Shown: piece by piece, positions 1 through 7,085 of the stretch
How the letters are laid out: the number at the start of each line of letters is the position of its first letter
Numbering within the stretch: the first letter of the stretch is position 1
Assembly (NCBI GenBank): GCA_019638775.1
Contig: JAHBTD010000005.1
Location: 3,345 to 67,344, forward strand
From: Fimbriimonadaceae bacterium
Lineage (GTDB): Bacteria; Armatimonadota; Fimbriimonadia; Fimbriimonadales; Fimbriimonadaceae
Reading direction: 5' to 3'
DNA length: 64,000 bases
The notes under the pieces: generated by a model
The model's input: the letters and a program-made list of their open reading frames with translations, nothing else
Database searches by the model: none
Told to the model about the DNA's origin: nothing
Made by a program: the position numbers and the translations under genes

Positions 1-93
1 AGATTGTTTCGACGTGAGACTGTAGGTTCCTTCAAAGGAGTTTGTGGCGTTTAGGAGAACTTTAGGTGGGATGGGGTGAAATGGTGTTGGTAA

Positions 94-219
94 GTCGTGA
101 GTCGTGAGTCGTGAGTCGTGAGTCGTGAGGCGTGAGGCGTGAGGCGTGAGGTGTAAGGCGTAAGGCGTAAGGCGTAAGGCGTAAGGCGTGAGTGTTGAGT
201 GCTGAGTGCTGAGTGTTGA
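94..219 (+). repeat. Tandem heptanucleotide array, 18 units
   Basis: (GTCGTGA)5(GGCGTGA)3 GGTGTAA (GGCGTAA)4 GGCGTGA GTGTTGA (GTGCTGA)2 GTGTTGA, read directly. No indel over 126 nt. Every unit carries TGA or TAA on the + strand. Confidence 0.95.
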
Positions 220-240
220 GTTGGGGGGTATCAGTCATCG

Positions 241-290
241 GCGATCAGCTGCCGGATACTTCCGATAGCGGTTCGCAGATAGCTGATCGC
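241..290. promoter_or_regulatory. Perfect 10-bp inverted repeat GCGATCAGCT-N30-AGCTGATCGC upstream of the first operon
   Basis: The arms are exact reverse complements. The repeat ends 7 nt before the SD AGGAGG (298-303). Its function (operator or RNA stem) is not established. Confidence 0.3.
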
Positions 291-308
291 TGATTACAGG
301 AGGCATGA

Positions 309-2519
309 GTGATGAGCTTAATAGTCGCAGGATTAGCAATGATGGCTTTAGGAGGTTCGATGATGGGAGAGTCTATTCAGTCGTTGCCTGCCTCACAGAT
401 GAAGGCATCCAAGGATGATTGGCTCTTAGGCCAAGGCGACAATGTGACGCGCGTTTTTCATGACCGCGAACAGAACTCGCTCATCCTTGCAAACGGCCTC
501 GTCGCACGAAGGTTCTTTACGCATCCAACGGGTTTGGGCACCTTTTCTATCGAAAACTTGGTGAGCCAGGAGACGTTAGTTCGTGCCGTGCGGCCCGAAG
601 CCTTACTGACTCTCAATGGAACGGAATACACGATTGGTGGCTATTCTGGACAACCTGACTCGGGTTATTTCCTACTGGACTGGTTGAAGTTGATGACGCC
701 TAATCCAAGCCGGGCAAATTCGGGTGGCTTTGTGGCTGCGTCCACGCTTCCAAGGTTTGAGTGGAAGGCAGTCCGACTGTCTGAGGGCAAGTCATGGCCC
801 CCGAAAGGTGTTCACATATTCTTGAACACCGAATTGAAAATCAAGGAGTCAGATACGCCGGTTAGAGTGGAAGTCCACTACGAGATGTATGACGGCTTGC
901 CCTTGATGAGCAAGTGGGTGACGATTAGGAACGTCACCGACAAGCCGATTCGTCTCAACTCCTTCATCGTCGAGCAGTTGGCGATGGTTGAGCCGGAGTC
1001 GCAGGTTGACCATCAGGCCGAATGGCTGAAGCCGAACGTGACGGTTCTGACCGATTACTCGTTTGGCGGGATGGCGACGATGAACTCTGCCAAATGTGTG
1101 AACTGGGTGCCTGACCCCGACTACAAGACGCAGGTCAATTACGATTTGAAGACTCCTTGTTTGCTGGAGGTTAAGCCACCGCTTGGGCCGGATGTGGATA
1201 TTCAGCCGAACAGTTCGTTCGACACCTTCCGAATCTACGAACTGTTTCACGACTCTTGGGATCGGGAGCGTAAGGGGCTTGCTGTGCGCAAAATGATGCG
1301 GACCATCGCTCCGTGGTGCACCGAGAACCCGCTCATGCTGCACCTGACGAGCACGGATCCGAAGGTTGTTCTTCCTGCCATCGACCAAGCGGCGGAAGTC
1401 GGTTTTGAGATGGTGATCTTTAGCTTTGGGAGTGGGCTGAATATGGAGGATGCGTCACCTGGGAATATTGCCAAGTTCAAGGAGTTTCGCGATTACGCCA
1501 GAAAGAAGGGGCTGGATTTGGGCGGCTATTCGCTTCTGGCGAGTCGTCGGATTGACGATAAGAACGATGTTATCAACCCCAAGACTGGGAAACCTGGGGG
1601 TGCGATTTTTGGGAATTCTCCGTGTCTTGAAAGCGAGTGGGGGCATCGCTATTTTGACGATCTAAAGGCGTTTATCCGGGGAACTGGGTTCAGCATTCTC
1701 GAGCACGATGGAAGCTACCCGGGCGATGTTTGCGCCTCGACAACCCATCCCGGACACAAGGGTTTGGAGGACTCTCAGTGGACGCAGTACCAGCGCATCA
1801 AGGAGCTTTATGAGTGGTGCCGGGGAGAGGGGATTTACCTGAACATCCCCGACTTCTATTTTTTGGTCGGGGGAAGCAAAACTGGGATGGGCTATCGGGA
1901 GACGAACTGGTCGTTGCCAAGGGCGCAGCAGCACATCCACTGCCGCCAAAACCTCTATGACGGCACTTGGGAAAAGACGCCGAGCATGGGCTGGATGTTT
2001 GTGCCGCTGGTTCAGTATCAGGGCGGCGGAGCGGCTGCCACTATCGAGCCGTTGAAGGATCATCTTCAAGACTACGAGATGCATTTGGCGAACAACCTCG
2101 GCTACGGTGCGCAGGCTTGCTATCGCGGACCACGGCTGTACGATACGCCGGAGACGAAGGCCGTTGTCGTGAAGTGGGTGTCGTGGTTCAAGAAGTACCG
2201 CGACATATTGGAGTCGGATGTGATCCACGTTCGACGGGCGGACGGACGCAATCTCGATTGCATTCTTCACGCAAATCCAGCTTTGGAGCGCAAGGGGATG
2301 GTGATGGTTTACAATCCGACTCATGAGCCGCTGACTCAAGAGATCACGTTGCCGCTGTATTACACAGGAATCGAAAATGAGTGCATGATCGGCGAGCAGG
2401 ATAAGAGCTCAAAAAAGGTCAAGCTGAGCCGCGATTATAAGATTACGATCAAGCCGACCGTGCCGCAAATGAGCTGCATTTGGTATGTGGTTCGGGATGC
2501 TGAGGTTGCCAAGAAGTGA
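309..2519 (+). CDS. Putative secreted glycoside hydrolase / TIM-barrel carbohydrate-active enzyme (family unresolved)
   Basis: 736-aa ORF. SD AGGAGG lies 5 nt before GTG 309 (ATG at 312). N-terminus is hydrophobic. The central region (VIFSFGSG...ILEHDGSYPGD...) looks like an alpha-galactosidase-like barrel. The gene heads a sugar-permease operon. Confidence 0.55.
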   Translation: MMSLIVAGLAMMALGGSMMGESIQSLPASQMKASKDDWLLGQGDNVTRVFHDREQNSLILANGLVARRFFTHPTGLGTFSIENLVSQETLVRAVRPEALLTLNGTEYTIGGYSGQPDSGYFLLDWLKLMTPNPSRANSGGFVAASTLPRFEWKAVRLSEGKSWPPKGVHIFLNTELKIKESDTPVRVEVHYEMYDGLPLMSKWVTIRNVTDKPIRLNSFIVEQLAMVEPESQVDHQAEWLKPNVTVLTDYSFGGMATMNSAKCVNWVPDPDYKTQVNYDLKTPCLLEVKPPLGPDVDIQPNSSFDTFRIYELFHDSWDRERKGLAVRKMMRTIAPWCTENPLMLHLTSTDPKVVLPAIDQAAEVGFEMVIFSFGSGLNMEDASPGNIAKFKEFRDYARKKGLDLGGYSLLASRRIDDKNDVINPKTGKPGGAIFGNSPCLESEWGHRYFDDLKAFIRGTGFSILEHDGSYPGDVCASTTHPGHKGLEDSQWTQYQRIKELYEWCRGEGIYLNIPDFYFLVGGSKTGMGYRETNWSLPRAQQHIHCRQNLYDGTWEKTPSMGWMFVPLVQYQGGGAAATIEPLKDHLQDYEMHLANNLGYGAQACYRGPRLYDTPETKAVVVKWVSWFKKYRDILESDVIHVRRADGRNLDCILHANPALERKGMVMVYNPTHEPLTQEITLPLYYTGIENECMIGEQDKSSKKVKLSRDYKITIKPTVPQMSCIWYVVRDAEVAKK

Positions 2520-3403
2520 ACCGCAAGGGGCGTACGGCATTCATTTTCGCGTATCTGGCGCCAGCGGTTCTGTTGTATGCGGTCTTTGTGGTTTGGCCCC
2601 TGATCCAGTCGGTGGTGATCTCGTTTACAAACTGGCGCGGGCTTTCCGACCAGAAGGACTATGTCGGGCTTGAGAATTACGAGCGGCTGATAAAGGACGA
2701 GGCGTACATCACCGCCGTCAAGAACAACCTTTGGATTCTGGTTTTTGGCGGGTTGGCGATCCTTGTGGTGGGGTTGTTGATGGCTCACGCCGTTCAAGGC
2801 GATGGAAAGCTTGCCAAGGTTTTGCGTGCCACGTACCTCATTCCCCATGTCATCTCTCTGGTTGTAGTGGCGATCTTGTGGGCGTTTCTCTATCATCCAT
2901 CGTTCGGGTTGGTGACGCAGGGTGGAGAGATGGTTGGGATTCGACAGCCCGAAGCCGGATATCTGGGCGATCTTGACGCAGCGCTGCCAGCCGTGACGTT
3001 GGCTTTTGTTTGGTACGCGGTTGGGTTTTACATCATGCTCTTTGCGGCGGGGCTTAAGAACATCCCGAGCGACATTTCAGAGGCGGCGTCTTTGGATGGG
3101 GCGGCGGGGCTTACGCGATTTTGGCGGGTGACGTGGCCTTTGATGTGGTCGGTCCGTAAGGTTGCCGTGACGTATATCGTCATCACGGTGATCAACATTT
3201 TTGCCTTGGTGCAGGTGATGACGCGGGGTGGAAACCCCGACCGGCGCACTGAGGTGATGCTGAGCTACTTCTTTGAGAAGGGGCAAGAGCAAGGAAGATA
3301 TGGCCAAGGCGCGGCTATTGCCGTGACGAACTTGGCTTTGGCTCTCGGCGTGGCGCTTATTCTTATGTTTGTGTTCCGAAAGAACCCCGAGGCCAGGCGA
3401 TGA
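2516..3403 (+). CDS. Carbohydrate ABC transporter permease (MalF/UgpA type)
   Basis: GTGA overlap with the upstream stop. Multi-TM protein with EAA loop ISEAASLDGAAGLTRFWRVTWPL. Confidence 0.9.
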   Translation: MNRKGRTAFIFAYLAPAVLLYAVFVVWPLIQSVVISFTNWRGLSDQKDYVGLENYERLIKDEAYITAVKNNLWILVFGGLAILVVGLLMAHAVQGDGKLAKVLRATYLIPHVISLVVVAILWAFLYHPSFGLVTQGGEMVGIRQPEAGYLGDLDAALPAVTLAFVWYAVGFYIMLFAAGLKNIPSDISEAASLDGAAGLTRFWRVTWPLMWSVRKVAVTYIVITVINIFALVQVMTRGGNPDRRTEVMLSYFFEKGQEQGRYGQGAAIAVTNLALALGVALILMFVFRKNPEARR

Positions 3404-4275
3404 GGCAGCGCTCTGGGCGGCGTCTAACCCTGCCCGATTTGGCAAGTTTCCTCCTTACGCGGTTGGGCATGGGGTTGTTTTTGGCGGCGGTTATCCTCCC
3501 GCTGCTGTGGGTGTTGATCTCGTCGGTCAAATCGAGTACGGAGATTTTTGGCTCGCCTTGGAGTTTGCCCGAGAGTCCGCAATGGTCGAACTACAGCGGA
3601 GCTTGGGGGGATGCGGGAATCGGTCGGCATTTTCTCAATTCACTGGTTGTGTGCGTGGCGACCCTTGTTCTCTTGCTGCCGATTGGGTCGATGGCGGCCT
3701 ACGTCTTTGCCAAATACCCTTTTCGAGGGTCGAAGTCGCTTTTCAGCGTCTTTCTCGGCGGGATGATGTTTCCGAATCTGTTGGTCATCATTCCTGTTTT
3801 CCTGCTTTTGAAATCTCTGCCTGGTGGGAGTGAAGGGCTCGTCGACACTAAGACAGGGCTTGTGCTCGTGTACGTCGCATTTTCCTTGTCCTTCACGGTG
3901 TTTGTGATGAGCGGATTCTTTGAAGCGCTGCCCGACGAGCTTGGCGAGGCGGCGATGCTTGATGGCTGTGGGCATTCCGGAATCTTTTGGAAGGTGATGT
4001 TTCCGCTCGCTCGTCCGGGGATGATTGTGGTTGGCATTTTCAATGCGATTGGGTTATGGAATGAATATAACTTGGCGGTTGCCTTAATTCATACACCCGA
4101 GAACCTAACGCTGCCTTTAGCGCTTGCCGATCTGACGACGAAGGGAACCTATGAGAGCGATTGGGGGATGCTCTTTGCGGCGATGGTGATTGTGATGCTG
4201 CCGATCATCGTGGTTTATTGGATTTTCCGAGAGAAGATTCACGAGACGATGCTGGCAGGCGCGATTAAGGGGTGA
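3400..4275 (+). CDS. Carbohydrate ABC transporter permease (MalG/UgpE type)
   Basis: ATGA overlap with the upstream stop. EAA loop LGEAAMLDGCGHSGIFWKVMFPLARPG. Confidence 0.9.
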   Translation: MRQRSGRRLTLPDLASFLLTRLGMGLFLAAVILPLLWVLISSVKSSTEIFGSPWSLPESPQWSNYSGAWGDAGIGRHFLNSLVVCVATLVLLLPIGSMAAYVFAKYPFRGSKSLFSVFLGGMMFPNLLVIIPVFLLLKSLPGGSEGLVDTKTGLVLVYVAFSLSFTVFVMSGFFEALPDELGEAAMLDGCGHSGIFWKVMFPLARPGMIVVGIFNAIGLWNEYNLAVALIHTPENLTLPLALADLTTKGTYESDWGMLFAAMVIVMLPIIVVYWIFREKIHETMLAGAIKG

Positions 4276-4282
4276 GTTGGGA

Positions 4283-4303
4283 GCGATGAGCGATGAATGA
4301 TGA
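4283..4303 (+). repeat. Heptamer array (GCGATGA)2 ATGATGA
   Basis: Starts 8 nt after the permease stop codon (4273-4275). Each unit contains TGA. Confidence 0.85.
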
Positions 4304-4370
4304 ATAGGGAGTCTTGGACATCGAAGAGGGACGAGTTGGTGGGCTCAAGTGTGCTGCAATGACTTCTTTT

Positions 4371-4412
4371 TTCAGATTTCAGATTTCAGACCTCTGACCT
4401 CTGACCTCTGTT
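4371..4412 (+). repeat. Heptamer array (TTCAGAT)2 TTCAGAC (CTCTGAC)2 CTCTGTT
   Basis: Six in-phase 7-nt units, read directly. Lies 67 nt after the previous array, in a gene-free spacer. Confidence 0.9.
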
Positions 4413-4519
4413 TGCGATCTCTTCCAGCGGGTCCTTTTAGCCTTCATTTAGTAGCCGTTGGTAAACTCGCCCAAAAATTGCTGCGCCGACCTTGGCCAGC
4501 TGCGCTGCGACTCAACCTT

Positions 4520-5389
4520 ATGCTGTTAAAATCTCTCAATTACTGGTCTGTGCCAGGTGGCCTCGAAGGCACACTCGACGTTTTCAATTTCCTTCAAACT
4601 GCAAAAGAACACCGCTTCGACGCTGTTGAAGTGGCGATCGGCGAGGCCGGGTCCGCTTTCGGCACGGATGCGACCGAGGCGCGATGCAAGGAGGTTCTTG
4701 CTGAGGCCGAACGCCTTGGCGTGAAGGTCGCGAGCACGGCGAGCGGGCTCTATTGGGGCCGCAACCTCGCCGACACCGATGCCGCGCTCAGCGCTCAGGC
4801 TGCCGACGATCTGAAGAAGATGCTCCAGATCACACAGTGGCTGGGCTGCCGGACGCTCCTCACCATCCCCGGCGCGGTGGACGTTTTCTTCATGCCCGAG
4901 CGCGGCGTGAACAGCTATGACGGAGTTTGGGATCGGGCTACGGTGGGCATCCGCGCCGCCCTCCCGACCGCGGAGGCGTGCGGCGTGCGTATGGGGATCG
5001 AGAACGTCTGGAACAAGTTCTTGGTCAGCCCGATGGAGATGGCGAGCTTTATCGACCAGTTCGACAGTCCCTGGGTGGGCGCTTATGTGGATGTCGGCAA
5101 TGTGCTTCCGTTCGGCTATGGCGAACAGTGGCTGCGGATATTGGGCGAGCGCGTGGTCGGAATTCACTTTAAGGATTTTCGCAAAGCGGTCGGCAATCTC
5201 GACGGCTTTGTCGATCTTCTGGAAGGGGATGTTAACTGGCCAGAAGTGATGGCGGCGATAGGGGAGATCGGCTATGACGGGCCGCTCGTCGCAGAGATGA
5301 TCCCTTACTATGCGCACTATCCGATGGTGCGTATCGCCAACACCTCTAACGCGATGGATGCGATCATGGGTCGGGGTTTCCGAAGTTGA
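4520..5389 (+). CDS. Sugar phosphate isomerase/epimerase (xylose-isomerase-like TIM barrel)
   Basis: The track ORF opens at 4349, but its first 57 codons translate the heptamer array. ATG 4520 gives MLLKSLNYWS..., typical of this family. Confidence 0.8.
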   Translation: MLLKSLNYWSVPGGLEGTLDVFNFLQTAKEHRFDAVEVAIGEAGSAFGTDATEARCKEVLAEAERLGVKVASTASGLYWGRNLADTDAALSAQAADDLKKMLQITQWLGCRTLLTIPGAVDVFFMPERGVNSYDGVWDRATVGIRAALPTAEACGVRMGIENVWNKFLVSPMEMASFIDQFDSPWVGAYVDVGNVLPFGYGEQWLRILGERVVGIHFKDFRKAVGNLDGFVDLLEGDVNWPEVMAAIGEIGYDGPLVAEMIPYYAHYPMVRIANTSNAMDAIMGRGFRS

Positions 5390-6507
5390 GTATGCGTTTT
5401 GGCGTGGTGGGGTGGGGTCTGCGGAAGCACCTACCCATCTTGATGCATCGCCCCGAAGATGGCTTTGTACTGGCAGCGTTGGCGGATCCGAGTGAAGAGG
5501 CCCAAGCCGACTTTAAGTCCAAAACAAACGACTCTGTTTTTCTTACCGCTGATTATCGCGATCTGCTGGATAAGGGGCTGGATGCCCTCTTTATCCTGTC
5601 GCCCGACTGGCTGCACGAGGAGCAGGCCATCGCCTGCTTACAGGCGGGCGTTCCGGTTTATCTGGAGAAGCCGATGGCGATTACGGTTGAGGGGTGCGAC
5701 CGGATTCTTGAGGCCGCCAAGCAGCACAACACCAAGCTGTACGTGGGCCACAACATGCGCCACTTTGGGATGGTTCGCAAGATGCGTGAGTGGATTCAGG
5801 CAGGGTACATCGGCGAGGTGAAGACGGCTTGGTGCCGACACTTTATCAGCTATGGCGGCGAGGCTTACTATCGGGATTGGCATGCAGACCGCACCCAGTC
5901 CACTGGGCTCTTGCTGCAAAAGGGCGCGCACGATATTGACGTTTTGCACTGGCTCTGCGGCGGCTACGCCAAGCGCGTGACGGCGATGGGGTCGCTAATG
6001 GTTTATGGCGATATCACCGACCGGCAGGAGCCTGGCGAGAAGGCCAACGTCACGATTCGTCCGACCTGGCCCCCGTCCTCGCTGTCGAAGCTCAATCCCG
6101 TGGTGGACGTGGAGGATGTGAGCATGATGCTGATGGAGTTGGACAACGGGGTGCTTGCCAGCTATCAGCAGTGTCACTTTGCGCCCGATGCGTGGAGGAA
6201 CTATACGATCATCGGTTCGCGCGGGCGGATTGAGAATTTTGGGGATGCTCCGGGGTCTTCGGTCGTCCGGCTGTGGGAGACATCAAGGCTGGGCTATGCC
6301 GAGCATGGCGATCTGGAGTATCGGCAGCCTCCGGCGGTTGGGCCGCATGGAGGGTCGGACCAGGCGATCCTGGATGAGTTTGTGAATTACCTGACGCACG
6401 ACGCGCCGACGGATACCTCTCCGATTGCGGCGAGGATGGCGGTCGCGGCGGGCTTTGCGGCAACGGAGTCGCTGAGGAACGACAGTGTGCCGGTTGAGAT
6501 TTGCTAG
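5386..6507 (+). CDS. Gfo/Idh/MocA family oxidoreductase
   Basis: TTGA overlap with the upstream stop (alternative ATG at 5392). N-terminal Rossmann MRFGVVGWG. Family-typical EKP motif (YLEKPMA). Confidence 0.85.
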   Translation: MSMRFGVVGWGLRKHLPILMHRPEDGFVLAALADPSEEAQADFKSKTNDSVFLTADYRDLLDKGLDALFILSPDWLHEEQAIACLQAGVPVYLEKPMAITVEGCDRILEAAKQHNTKLYVGHNMRHFGMVRKMREWIQAGYIGEVKTAWCRHFISYGGEAYYRDWHADRTQSTGLLLQKGAHDIDVLHWLCGGYAKRVTAMGSLMVYGDITDRQEPGEKANVTIRPTWPPSSLSKLNPVVDVEDVSMMLMELDNGVLASYQQCHFAPDAWRNYTIIGSRGRIENFGDAPGSSVVRLWETSRLGYAEHGDLEYRQPPAVGPHGGSDQAILDEFVNYLTHDAPTDTSPIAARMAVAAGFAATESLRNDSVPVEIC

Positions 6508-6526
6508 GGGCTTTTTTGGGGGGCGT

Positions 6527-6658
6527 CGGCAGGTTGTTGGCAGGTTGTCGGCAAGTTGTCGGCAAGTGGTCGGCAGGTGGTCGGCAGGTGGTCGGCACGT
6601 TGTTGGCAGATGGTCGGCAAGTGGTCGGCACGTTGTTGGCAGATGGTTGGCAGGTGGT
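6527..6658 (+). repeat. Tandem 11-nt array, 12 units (consensus YGGCARNTKGT)
   Basis: cggcaggttgt tggcaggttgt cggcaagttgt cggcaagtggt cggcaggtggt x2 cggcacgttgt tggcagatggt cggcaagtggt cggcacgttgt tggcagatggt tggcaggtggt. Starts 20 nt after the oxidoreductase stop. Confidence 0.95.
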
Positions 6659-6710
6659 TAGGGAGTTAAGACCCTCCTTCGCAAGCGACGGAGGGATGAG
6701 AATAACATCC

Positions 6711-7073
6711 ATGAAGCAGGCGAAAATTGGAATATCGGCACTTTTTGCCCTGCCTACAAGCGCCATAGCCTGTAGCGGAGCGGACGTCCAGGATTCGATC
6801 CGAGCCGCGATTCGTTTCGCCTATTTCAATGCCGCCTTCATGACCATTGCCCTTGGTGTGTCTTTCTTTATTGCTAAGAAGTCACCGATCACCGGACTGA
6901 TTACTGTGTTCATAGGGATTCTTCTGGCTTTGCATCCGGCGTGGACCGTGAACGCATGGGGCGGAGACTGTGGCATTGGCAAGGCCAGTGCCGCAGTCGT
7001 GCTTTCCCTATTCAGCGGTATCGTCGTCGTGGTTCAACATGCTTGGGCGAAGCGCACTTTAGCTAAAGATTGA
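6711..7073 (+). CDS. Small membrane protein / possible lipoprotein, unknown function
   Basis: The track ORF 6501-7073 begins inside the 11-mer array. The plausible starts are ATG 6696 or 6711, after GGAGGG (6690-6695). Lipobox-like SAIAC, then about three hydrophobic helices. Confidence 0.5.
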   Translation: MKQAKIGISALFALPTSAIACSGADVQDSIRAAIRFAYFNAAFMTIALGVSFFIAKKSPITGLITVFIGILLALHPAWTVNAWGGDCGIGKASAAVVLSLFSGIVVVVQHAWAKRTLAKD

Positions 7074-7085
7074 GGCATCTATATA

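Noticed and set aside
6527-6658. Possible CRISPR array
   Set aside because: The period is only 11 nt, with no unique spacers, no leader and no cas genes. It is a simple tandem repeat.
6209-6766. Repeat-containing ORFs over the 11-mer array (PTTCRPSANNV x4 on the minus strand; GRQVVGTLLAD on the plus strand)
   Set aside because: The periodicity is at the nucleotide level (11 nt, not a multiple of 3). Both strands are open merely because the unit lacks stops. There is no SD or start context.
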